From Methylorubrum extorquens (lineage in GTDB: Bacteria; Pseudomonadota; Alphaproteobacteria; Rhizobiales; Beijerinckiaceae), in assembly GCA_900234795.1 (NCBI GenBank), contig LT962688.1, forward strand, positions 4,500,001 to 4,532,000: a stretch of DNA of 32,000 bases, in the 5' to 3' direction. Of this stretch, positions 8,096 through 16,332 are shown piece after piece (the stretch's first letter is position 1; every line of letters begins with the position of its first letter). The position numbers were made by a program, and so were the translations under genes. A model generated the notes under the pieces. The model did not search any database, was not told where the DNA came from, and saw only the letters and a program-made list of their open reading frames with translations.

Positions 8096-9814
8096 ATGAG
8101 CAAAATCTCGCGGCGGCAATACTCGGATCTCTACGGGCCGACGACAGGCGACAAGATCAGGCTCGCCGATACGGACCTCTACATCGAGATCGAGAAGGAT
8201 CTTCGCGTCTATGGCGAAGAGGCCGTCTATGGCGGCGGCAAGACGCTTCGGGACGGGATGGGTTACGACAACGAGTTGACCAGTGCGGCGGGTGCACCGG
8301 ATCTCGTCATCACCAATGTCACGATCCTCGACGCGGTCCAGGGCGTCATCAAGGCCGATCTCGGCATCAAGAACGGCCTGATCGTCGGGATCGGGAAGGC
8401 CGGCAATCCCTCGACGATGTCGGGGGTGACACGGGGGCTCGCGCTCGGACCGGGCACGGACGCCATTTCCGGCGAGCACCTCATCCTGACTGCGGGCGGC
8501 ATCGACGCCCACGTCCACTTCATCTCGCCGCAGCAGGCCCAGGCCGCGCTCAGCAACGGCGTGACGACGCTGTTCGGCGGCGGCATCGGTCCGTCCGACG
8601 GCACCAACGGCACGACCATCACGCCGGGCACGTGGAACATCGAGATGATGCTCCGCTCCTTCGATGCCTGGCCGGTCAATGCGGGCGTGCACGGCAAGGG
8701 CAATTGCTCGGCGCTCCTCCCGATCGAGGAGCAGATCCGGGCCGGCGCGATGGGTTTGAAGGTTCACGAAGACTGGGGCAGCACCCCGGCGGCGATCCGC
8801 ATGGCCCTGACCGCTGCGGACGATCACGACGTCCAAGTCTGCATCCACACGGACACCCTGAACGAGGCGGGTTTCGTCGAGAGCACCATCGCCGCGTTCG
8901 AGGGGCGCACGATCCACACCTACCACACGGAGGGCGCGGGCGGCGGCCACGCCCCGGACATCATCCGGGTGGCGGGCATTTCCAACGTCATCCCCAGTTC
9001 GACCAATCCGACCATGCCCTACGGCATCAATTCGCAGGCCGAATTGTTCGACATGGTGATGGTCTGTCACAATCTCAGTCCGAAGATCCCGACGGACGTC
9101 GCCTTCGCGGAAAGCCGCGTCCGCGCCGAGACCATCGCGGCGGAAAACGTCCTGCACGATCTCGGCGCGATCTCGATCCTGTCGAGCGACAGCCAGGCCA
9201 TGGGCCGCGTCGGCGAGAACTGGGCGCGCACCATTCAGACGGCTCATCTGATGAAGGCGCGGCTCGGTGCCTATCCGGGGGATGCCTCCGGCAACGACAA
9301 TCAGCGCGTGCTGCGCTTCGTCGCCAAGGTGACGATCAATCCCGCCATCGTGGCGGGGGTCTCGCACGTGATCGGATCGGTCGAGGTCGGCAAGATGGCG
9401 GACCTCGTCCTCTGGGAGCCGGCCTTCTTCGGCGCGAAGCCGAAGATGGTCATCAAGGGCGGCATGATCTCCTGGGCGATCATGGGAGACCCCAACGCCT
9501 CGCTGCCGACACCGCAGCCGGTCGTCTATCGTCCGATGTTCGGCGCTCTCGGCCCGGCCGTGGCCAAGACACGCGTGACCTTCACGTCTCATGCCGCCTA
9601 CGAGGACGGGATCGTGGATCGTTACGAGCTGACGTCCAAGGTCGTGCCCGTCTACGGCACGCGCACCATCACCAAGGCGTCGATGGTTCGAAACGACCGG
9701 CTTCCGGTCATCGAGGTCAACCCGGAAACCTTTGCGGTGATGGTCGACGGCAAGCATGCCACGATCGAGCCCGCCACGCATCTTCCGCTCGCGCAGCTCC
9801 ATTTCTTCAGCTGA
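8096..9814 (+). CDS. ureC: Urease subunit alpha
   Basis: The 572-aa product contains [16 protein letters not shown]..., the GGIDAHVHF nickel-ligand motif, [10 protein letters not shown] and MVCHNLSP, which are typical of UreC. Confidence 0.97.
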   Translation: MSKISRRQYSDLYGPTTGDKIRLADTDLYIEIEKDLRVYGEEAVYGGGKTLRDGMGYDNELTSAAGAPDLVITNVTILDAVQGVIKADLGIKNGLIVGIGKAGNPSTMSGVTRGLALGPGTDAISGEHLILTAGGIDAHVHFISPQQAQAALSNGVTTLFGGGIGPSDGTNGTTITPGTWNIEMMLRSFDAWPVNAGVHGKGNCSALLPIEEQIRAGAMGLKVHEDWGSTPAAIRMALTAADDHDVQVCIHTDTLNEAGFVESTIAAFEGRTIHTYHTEGAGGGHAPDIIRVAGISNVIPSSTNPTMPYGINSQAELFDMVMVCHNLSPKIPTDVAFAESRVRAETIAAENVLHDLGAISILSSDSQAMGRVGENWARTIQTAHLMKARLGAYPGDASGNDNQRVLRFVAKVTINPAIVAGVSHVIGSVEVGKMADLVLWEPAFFGAKPKMVIKGGMISWAIMGDPNASLPTPQPVVYRPMFGALGPAVAKTRVTFTSHAAYEDGIVDRYELTSKVVPVYGTRTITKASMVRNDRLPVIEVNPETFAVMVDGKHATIEPATHLPLAQLHFFS

Positions 9815-9875
9815 CGTCCCGTCGCGCGGCGGGAAACGCCTCCCGCCGCCGGTTCACAGCCCGGTGCAGGCATTG

Positions 9876-10259
9876 ATGAGACCGATCGACGTCATGTGGG
9901 TGTGTCTGGGCGGCGGAGCCGGTTCTCTGCTGCGCTGGCAGCTCGGCGGCTTCATCGACCGCGCGATCCCCGCGCGCTTCAAGTTCGGCACCTTCCTCGT
10001 CAACGTCACCGGCGCCTTCGCCATCGCCTATCTCTCCGCGGCGCTCGCGCTCGGCTGGCAGCAGCGCCACGGGGACGTGGTCTCATCTCTGGTTCTGACG
10101 GGCTTTCTCGGCGGCTACACAACATTCAGCTCAATGCAGCTCGATACGGCGCAGATGGCGATGGAGCATCGCCAGGGGCTCGCCGCCCTGTACCTCGTCG
10201 CGTCCGTCGGCGTCGGCCTCTGCGCCGCGGCGGCGGGCGTCGCCCTCGCAAGATCGTAG
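9876..10259 (+). CDS. crcB: Fluoride ion channel CrcB/Fluc, paralogue 1
   Basis: About 127 aa with four hydrophobic helices. The N-terminal motif is GGGAGSLLRW and the TM3 motif is GGYTTFSSM. The start is ATG 9876, with 9894 as an alternative. The ORF track start at 9756 overlaps the ureC 3' end and was discounted. Confidence 0.85.
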   Translation: MRPIDVMWVCLGGGAGSLLRWQLGGFIDRAIPARFKFGTFLVNVTGAFAIAYLSAALALGWQQRHGDVVSSLVLTGFLGGYTTFSSMQLDTAQMAMEHRQGLAALYLVASVGVGLCAAAAGVALARS

Positions 10260-10268
10260 GGGCTCGTC

Positions 10269-10652
10269 ATGGGGGCGCAGGCCGTCTTCGTCTTCATCGG
10301 TGGCGGGTTCGGCGCTCTCACCCGCGAATTCCTCATGCTGCTGATCCCTCAGCACAGCGGCGCCTTTCCGCTCGACATCTTCACCGCCAACGTCGTCGCC
10401 TCGTTCTGCCTCGGCGCCGCCTTCGAACTTCACCGCCTGAACCAAGTCTCGGACGAGTATCTGCTCCTGATCGGCACGGGCTTCGCCGGCGGATTGTCGA
10501 CGTTTTCGAGTTTCGTCTACGGCATCACTTCCGAAGCCGCGTCGCCGGGCCAAGCCGGTCTTGCCGTCCTCTACTGTTTGTCCAGCCTGATCGTCGGCTA
10601 CGCCGCGATCTGGCTCGGAATCGCATCCGGGAAACGCCTGCGACGCGCGTGA
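10269..10652 (+). CDS. crcB: Fluoride ion channel CrcB/Fluc, paralogue 2
   Basis: 127 aa with GGGFGALTRE near the N-terminus and GGLSTFSSF in TM3. It starts 9 nt after paralogue 1. Confidence 0.85.
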   Translation: MGAQAVFVFIGGGFGALTREFLMLLIPQHSGAFPLDIFTANVVASFCLGAAFELHRLNQVSDEYLLLIGTGFAGGLSTFSSFVYGITSEAASPGQAGLAVLYCLSSLIVGYAAIWLGIASGKRLRRA

Positions 10653-10675
10653 GCGCGCTCCGTTGGGAGAGACGA

Positions 10676-11332
10676 ATGATCCTCGTCGAACACAAACTCG
10701 GTCATCTCGGCGATCCGGTCTGGCAGGAGCGCGCGGGGCAGGCGCGGATCGATCCGCTGGTGCTGGAGCAATGGGAGGCGCCCAAGAGCCGCCTGCGCAA
10801 GGCCAGCGAAAACGGGATCGAGCTGGCGATCTCGCTGCCGCGCTCCGAGCACCTGCATGACGGCGACGTGCTCCACTACGACGCGGCGCAGGGGCTCATC
10901 GTCGTGGCCCGGATCGCCCTCAAGGAGGTGCTGGTCATCGAGCTGGAGGGGCTGGAGAGCCTCGCACCGCACGAGATCCTGCGCGCCAGCTTCGAACTCG
11001 GGCACGGCCTCGGCAACCAGCACTGGCCCGCGGTGATCAAGGGATCGACGGTCTACGTGCCGCTTTCGGTCGATCAGAAGGTGATGGCCTCGGTCATGCG
11101 CACGCATGCCTTCGCCCATGTAAAGACGCGCTTCACCCCGGGCGAGGAGGTGGCGGCCAAGCTCGACGCGAAGGAGGTGCGGCTGCTCTTCGCCGGCGCG
11201 GACGCCACCCCACACCACCATCATGACGGTCACGACGCTGCACAGGCTCATGATCATCACGACCACCCTGATCACGCGCACGATCATGGCCATCCGCACG
11301 CGCATCATCACCACCATGATCCGGTGGCGTGA
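10676..11332 (+). CDS. ureE: Urease accessory metallochaperone UreE with a His-rich tail
   Basis: The ATG at 10676 is preceded by GGGAGAG. The translation MILVEHKLGHLGDP...ELGHGLGNQHWPAV... is UreE-like. The last 41 residues contain 19 His (...[41 protein letters not shown]). The 478-aa ORF-track version (9896..) is an off-target upstream extension. Confidence 0.9.
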   Translation: MILVEHKLGHLGDPVWQERAGQARIDPLVLEQWEAPKSRLRKASENGIELAISLPRSEHLHDGDVLHYDAAQGLIVVARIALKEVLVIELEGLESLAPHEILRASFELGHGLGNQHWPAVIKGSTVYVPLSVDQKVMASVMRTHAFAHVKTRFTPGEEVAAKLDAKEVRLLFAGADATPHHHHDGHDAAQAHDHHDHPDHAHDHGHPHAHHHHHDPVA

Positions 11333-12054
11333 TGCGGCACGGTGAGCCGAGGGCCCGTCTCGCACCGCGCGGCATGGCTCATCTCGCGCGCCTGCTGCAA
11401 TTCTCCGATTCGACGCTGCCGATCGGCTCCTTTGCTTTCTCGAACGGCCTCGAATCCGCGCTGCAGACGGGGATCGTCACCGACACCAGCAGCCTGCTGC
11501 ATTTCGTCGAACTCGTCCTGCACCAGAACGCCCGGGTGGATGGCGTCGCGCTGCTGCACGCCCATCGCGCCACCCTGGCGGAGGACTATTCCGGCATCGT
11601 CACCGCCGACCGGGAATTGCTCTGCCGCCGCGTCGGGGAAGAGCAGCAGCTGATGCTGACGCGGATGGGCAAGAAGCTCGCCGAGCTGGCGCTCAAGATC
11701 GGCCCCTCGCCGGTGCTGGAGCGCTGGCTCGCGGATATCCGGTCGGACACCACCCCCGGCTGCCTGCCGATCGGTCAGGCGATCACCCTCGCACATCTCG
11801 GCGCGGACGAGACGGACGCCTTCGTCGTCCACCAATACGGCATGGCCTCGATGATCCTGAGCGCCGCGCTCCGGCTGATGCGGATCGACCATTTCGAGAC
11901 CCAGCGCATCCTGTTCGCCGCCCAGGACCGCGTCGAGGACGACTACCTCGCCGTGCGCGATCTCGCCCTCGACGAGATGGCCGCCTTCGCGCCGGTCTTC
12001 GACGTGCTCGTTGCTCATCACACCACGGTCCATGTCCGCCTGTTCATGAATTGA
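11329..12054 (+). CDS. ureF: Urease accessory protein UreF
   Basis: [23 protein letters not shown]... is the UreF signature. The start overlaps the ureE stop (GTGATG). A downstream ATG ([10 protein letters not shown]) is an alternative start. Confidence 0.88.
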   Translation: MMRHGEPRARLAPRGMAHLARLLQFSDSTLPIGSFAFSNGLESALQTGIVTDTSSLLHFVELVLHQNARVDGVALLHAHRATLAEDYSGIVTADRELLCRRVGEEQQLMLTRMGKKLAELALKIGPSPVLERWLADIRSDTTPGCLPIGQAITLAHLGADETDAFVVHQYGMASMILSAALRLMRIDHFETQRILFAAQDRVEDDYLAVRDLALDEMAAFAPVFDVLVAHHTTVHVRLFMN

Positions 12055-12074
12055 GTGCGGCAAAGGAAATCGAG

Positions 12075-12722
12075 ATGAAGAAGATCACCCGTATCGGCAT
12101 CGGCGGCCCGGTCGGCTCGGGCAAGACGGCTGTTATCGAGACCATCACGCCGCGCCTGATCGCGCTGGGGATCAAGCCGCTGATCATCACCAACGACGTC
12201 GTGACGACGGAGGATGCCAAGCAGGTGCGCCGGACTCTCCACGGCGTGCTGATCGAGGAGAAGATCGTCGGCGTCGAGACCGGGGCCTGCCCACACACGG
12301 CGGTCCGCGAAGATCCGTCGATGAACATCGCCGCGGTCGAGGAGCTCGAAGACAAGTATCCCGACAGCGACGTGATCCTGATCGAATCTGGCGGCGATAA
12401 CCTCACGCTCACCTTCAGTCCGGCGCTGGCGGACTTCTACATCTACGTGATCGACGTCGCCGCCGGCGACAAGATCCCGCGCAAGAACGGCGCCGGGGTC
12501 TGCCAGTCGGATATCCTCGTGATCAACAAGAAGGACCTCGCCCCCTATGTCGGCGCGAGTCTCGAGGTCATGGCGCGCGACTCCAAGCTGATGCGCGGCA
12601 AGAAGCCGTTCCTCTTCACCAACTGCAAGACCGGCGAGGGCGTCGACGACCTCCTCCAGCTCATTCTCGACATGGCGCTGTTCGATGTGAGGACGCGTCC
12701 TCCGCTCGCGGCGAGCGCGTGA
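12075..12722 (+). CDS. ureG: Urease accessory GTPase UreG
   Basis: [20 protein letters not shown] (P-loop) and ...[15 protein letters not shown]... are present. ATG 12075 has AAGGAAA 7 nt upstream. The TTG at 12051 in the ORF track overlaps the ureF stop and is less likely. Confidence 0.93.
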   Translation: MKKITRIGIGGPVGSGKTAVIETITPRLIALGIKPLIITNDVVTTEDAKQVRRTLHGVLIEEKIVGVETGACPHTAVREDPSMNIAAVEELEDKYPDSDVILIESGGDNLTLTFSPALADFYIYVIDVAAGDKIPRKNGAGVCQSDILVINKKDLAPYVGASLEVMARDSKLMRGKKPFLFTNCKTGEGVDDLLQLILDMALFDVRTRPPLAASA

Positions 12723-12726
12723 GACC

Positions 12727-13662
12727 ATGACCCTGCACGAGCCCCTCGGCCTCATCGACGCGGCGCGCGAACTGCGCGGGTTCCAGACCGAGCCGGCGCA
12801 GATGCGGGCGGGCGCGCCCGGCAAGGTCGGCCGCCTGCGTCTCGGTTTCTCGCTGCGCGATGGACGCTCCGTGCTCCACGACCTCTACCGGGTCGCCCCG
12901 CTGCTGGTGCAGCAGGCGCTCTACTGGGACGAGGCGATGCCGGAATTGCCGGTCTGCCCGATCATCTCGGTCGGCGGCGGCATCCTGCAGGGCGACCGCT
13001 ACACGATCGACATCGCGGTGGGGGAAGGCGCCTGCGCGCACGTCTCCACCCAGGGCGCCAACCGCATCCACTGCATGGACGCGAACTACGCCTCGCAGCA
13101 CCAGACCGTGACCGTCGCGGCCGGCGGCTATCTCGAATACTTGCCGGACTTCACCATTCCCTATCGCGGCTCGCGCTTCCTCTCCCGCACGGACCTCGTC
13201 GTCGCCGCGGACGCCACCCTGCTCTACGGCGAGATGGTCCTTGCCGGCCGCAAGCATCATCATGTCGAGGAGCGGTTCGGCTTCGACCTGCTGTCGATGG
13301 ACGTGAGCCTGCGCCGGCCCGGCGGGCACAAGCTCTTCGCGGAAAAGATCCTGATCGAGAAGGGCGATCCGACGATCGCCTTTGCGGCGGTGATGCGGGG
13401 CTTCGACGCCTTCGCCAACATCCTCTGCGTCACCCCTCCCGAGACGGCCGCCCGCATCAAGGAACGGTTCGAGCCCCATTTCCCGATCGAGGCACCACGG
13501 GCGCTGTCCGGTGTGAGCCGCCTGCCCAACGCCGCCGGGCTGATGCTGCGCGCCGTCGGCGTGGAGACCTACGACGTGCGCCACGAGGTTCGCCGGTTCT
13601 GGCGCATCGTGCGCGAGGAGGCGCGCGACCGGTCTCTTCCCGCCGAACCCTATTGGCGCTGA
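12727..13662 (+). CDS. ureD: Urease accessory protein UreD/UreH
   Basis: The 311-aa product contains ...GGGILQGDRYTIDIAVGEGACAHVSTQGANRI...LEYLPDFTIPY..., typical of UreD. It starts 4 nt after the ureG stop. Confidence 0.88.
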   Translation: MTLHEPLGLIDAARELRGFQTEPAQMRAGAPGKVGRLRLGFSLRDGRSVLHDLYRVAPLLVQQALYWDEAMPELPVCPIISVGGGILQGDRYTIDIAVGEGACAHVSTQGANRIHCMDANYASQHQTVTVAAGGYLEYLPDFTIPYRGSRFLSRTDLVVAADATLLYGEMVLAGRKHHHVEERFGFDLLSMDVSLRRPGGHKLFAEKILIEKGDPTIAFAAVMRGFDAFANILCVTPPETAARIKERFEPHFPIEAPRALSGVSRLPNAAGLMLRAVGVETYDVRHEVRRFWRIVREEARDRSLPAEPYWR

Positions 13663-13677
13663 GCGAGGACCGGACCC

Positions 13678-14706
13678 ATGGCGCGCGCGAACAGCAACCT
13701 TCTCGTCCAGTCGCTGCGCGGGACGAGCCAAGTCTTTTTCATGGAGAATGCCCTGACGGGCGTGCTGTTCTTCGCCGCAATGGCCTACGCCTCGTCGGTG
13801 ACGGGCCATTGGGCCACCACGATCGGGGCGGCGATCGGCGTCCTCGTCGCAACGCTGACCGCACGACTTCTGGAATGCGACGACCCCTCCGTCTCCTCCG
13901 GTCTCTACGGATTCAACGGCGTTCTCGTCGGCGCCGCGCTTCCGACCTTCATCGCAGTCTCGCCCCAGCTCTGGGCCTCGATCGTGATCGGCGCGGCGGC
14001 CAGCACGGTCTTCACCGCCGCCTTCAGCGCGACGCTCACCGGCAAATGGGGCATTCCCGGCTCGACGGGCCCCTTCGTGCTGACGGGCTGGCTGATGGTC
14101 GCCGCAGCCTATTCCTTCGGCGGCCTGCACGTGACGGGCGATGCCCCCAAGCTCGCGGGCGATGTCGCGCCTAACCTCACCTGCATTCCGGCGCCAATGG
14201 ACCTCGTCGCGATCTTTTTCCGCAACATCGCGCAGGTCTACCTGCTGGGCAGCGCCGTCAGCGGCGTCATCATCCTGGCCGGCATCCTGATCGCCTCGGT
14301 CCCGGCCGGAATCGCCGCCGCCGCCGGATCGCTGATCAGCATGATCGTCGCGATGGCGATGGGGGCCGATCCCAAGGCCGTGAGCCAGGGCCTCTACGGC
14401 TTCAGCCCGGTCCTGACGGCGATGGCCGTCGGCGTCATCTTCCTGACGCCCTCGCCGCGGGTGGCCCTCTATGCCGGTCTCGCGACTGTGATGACCGTCT
14501 TCGTCCAGGGCGCGCTCGACGTCATGGTCGCGCCGGCGGGCATCCCGTCCTTCACCGCCCCCTACGTGCTGACGATGTACCTGTTCATCGCGCCGAAGAA
14601 GCTGATGGCGCCCCATCCGCACGGGCCCGTCGCCGATCCCATGATCGACGATCAAGGCAAGGTGCCGGGCAAGGCACCGGTCCACGCAGCTGGAACCGCA
14701 CGGTGA
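13678..14706 (+). CDS. Urea transporter (UT family, Yut/UreT-like)
   Basis: The 342-aa polytopic membrane protein has the N-terminal LRGTSQVFFMENALTGVLFF motif typical of UT-family urea channels. GAGGA lies 8 nt upstream of the ATG. Confidence 0.85.
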   Translation: MARANSNLLVQSLRGTSQVFFMENALTGVLFFAAMAYASSVTGHWATTIGAAIGVLVATLTARLLECDDPSVSSGLYGFNGVLVGAALPTFIAVSPQLWASIVIGAAASTVFTAAFSATLTGKWGIPGSTGPFVLTGWLMVAAAYSFGGLHVTGDAPKLAGDVAPNLTCIPAPMDLVAIFFRNIAQVYLLGSAVSGVIILAGILIASVPAGIAAAAGSLISMIVAMAMGADPKAVSQGLYGFSPVLTAMAVGVIFLTPSPRVALYAGLATVMTVFVQGALDVMVAPAGIPSFTAPYVLTMYLFIAPKKLMAPHPHGPVADPMIDDQGKVPGKAPVHAAGTAR

Positions 14707-14799
14707 CGCCCCGGAGCGTCCTGATCCGGACCGACGATGCCGCGCATCGCGATCGCCGACACGCCCCTCTTCCGAGAAGCACAGATCTAGGAGCACGCG

Positions 14800-16038
14800 A
14801 TGCAAGGCATCAATGCCGGCGACACGGCCTTCATCCTCATCTGCACCGCTCTGGTCCTCATGATGACGCCGGCTCTTGCCCTCTTCTACGGCGGCCTCGT
14901 CAGACAGCGCGATGTCCTGTCCGTCATGATCCAGAACTTCGTCTGCATCGGTGTGGTCGGCGTGATCTGGGTGTTCGGAGGTTTCAGCCTCGCCTTCGGG
15001 CCTGATATCGGCGGCACGATCGGCAATTTCGCGTATTACTTCGGCATGTACGAGGTCGGCATCGAGCCAAATCCGGTCTACGCGCCGAACATCCCCTTCA
15101 TCATGGTCTTTGCCTACCAGATGATGTTCGCCATCATCACGCCGGCCCTGATGACCGGCGCCTTCGTCGGACGCTTCCAGTTCGGCGCCTACCTGTTCTT
15201 CATCACGGCCTGGACCATCCTCGTCTATGTGCCGGCCGCGCACTGGGTCTGGGGCGGCGGCTTCCTGGCCAAGCTGGGCGTCGTCGATTTCGCCGGCGGG
15301 ATCGTCATTCACACCTCCGCGGGTTTTTCGGCGCTGGCGACGGCGAAGTTTCTCGGCAAACGCAGGGTGGCGGCGGGCGAATCCGAATCCGCGCCGGCCA
15401 GCCTGCCCCTGGTCGCTCTCGGCGCCGGTCTGCTGTGGTTCGGCTGGTTCGGCTTCAACGCCGGTGGCGCCTACGCGGCGGATGCGCTGGCGGCCTACGC
15501 CTTCACCAACACCATGCTCGCCGGTTCCATCGCCATGCTGGTGTGGATGTTCTGGGAATGGCGCGAGACCAAGCACCCGTCCTTTTCCGGCGTCCTCGTC
15601 GGCGCCGTGGCGGGGCTCGCGACGATCACGCCGGCCTCCGGTTATGTCGAGCCCATCGCCGCCCTGGCGATCGGTGCCATCGGCGCGACGGCCTGCTACT
15701 TTGCGAAGTACGTCCAGAAGTGGCTGAAGATCGACGACACGCTGGAAGTCTGGCGCGCCCACGGCGTCGGCGGCCTCACCGGTGCCCTGCTCATCGGCAT
15801 CATGGCCAGTTCGCATATCAACCAAGTCTCGGCGAGCCTGCAGCAGTTCGGGGTTCAGCTTCTCGCCGTCCTCGTCGTCGGTGCTTATGCCTCCTTCGTC
15901 ACCTTCATGATCCTGACGGGCCTGGATCGCTTCGGCACGCTGCGGGTGCCGGAAGAGATCCAGGAAGAAGGCCTCGACACGATGCTCGGCGAGCGCGCCT
16001 TCAACCTGTGGAACATGGATCGCACCCTCCCGAAGTAG
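14800..16038 (+). CDS. amt: Ammonium transporter (Amt family)
   Basis: The 412-aa product contains DTAFILICTALVLMMTPALALFYGG, ...VDFAGGIVIHTSAGFSALA... and ...WFGWFGFNAGG..., which are Amt signatures. AGGAG lies 7 nt upstream. Confidence 0.93.
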   Translation: MQGINAGDTAFILICTALVLMMTPALALFYGGLVRQRDVLSVMIQNFVCIGVVGVIWVFGGFSLAFGPDIGGTIGNFAYYFGMYEVGIEPNPVYAPNIPFIMVFAYQMMFAIITPALMTGAFVGRFQFGAYLFFITAWTILVYVPAAHWVWGGGFLAKLGVVDFAGGIVIHTSAGFSALATAKFLGKRRVAAGESESAPASLPLVALGAGLLWFGWFGFNAGGAYAADALAAYAFTNTMLAGSIAMLVWMFWEWRETKHPSFSGVLVGAVAGLATITPASGYVEPIAALAIGAIGATACYFAKYVQKWLKIDDTLEVWRAHGVGGLTGALLIGIMASSHINQVSASLQQFGVQLLAVLVVGAYASFVTFMILTGLDRFGTLRVPEEIQEEGLDTMLGERAFNLWNMDRTLPK

Positions 16039-16332
16039 CCTCGCTGCGACGAGCGCTCCCCAACGCGGGACCGAACATCGGGGGCGTCTGTGTCTGAGCG
16101 ACGGGTGCTGGCCGTGGCCTGCGAGTCGCCGACGGGTCGGCGGACGCAACGGCGCAGCGGTGTCGAGCCACGGGACGGCCGAACCTGCGGCCGGGCCCTC
16201 CCGCACCGGCTGGCCCCGCGGTCCCCAGGGAAGTGCGGTGGAAACCGGGGATGGTGACGCAGAACAGGAACCGCGGGCAGGCCGTGCGGCGTTCCTGGGA
16301 GCCGACCCCGGAAGTCGTTCGACGGAATAGAA

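Noticed and set aside
7697-9802. A 701-aa minus-strand ORF opposite ureB/ureC
   Set aside because: It is antisense to the unmistakable urease alpha subunit. The Arg/Asp/Gly-rich, low-complexity translation marks it as a GC artefact.
9815-9875. A possible fluoride riboswitch ahead of the crcB pair
   Set aside because: The spacer is only 61 nt. I could not align it to the conserved riboswitch core as I remember it. It shows a simple GC hairpin (9826-9849) instead. This needs a covariance-model search to be definitive.
9896-10675. An upstream extension of ureE to a 478-aa ORF, plus other long alternative frames over the crcB genes
   Set aside because: The extension is out of frame with, and overlaps, the two CrcB genes and reads as Arg-rich junk. 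UreE similarity begins only at MILVEHK (10676), which has its own SD.
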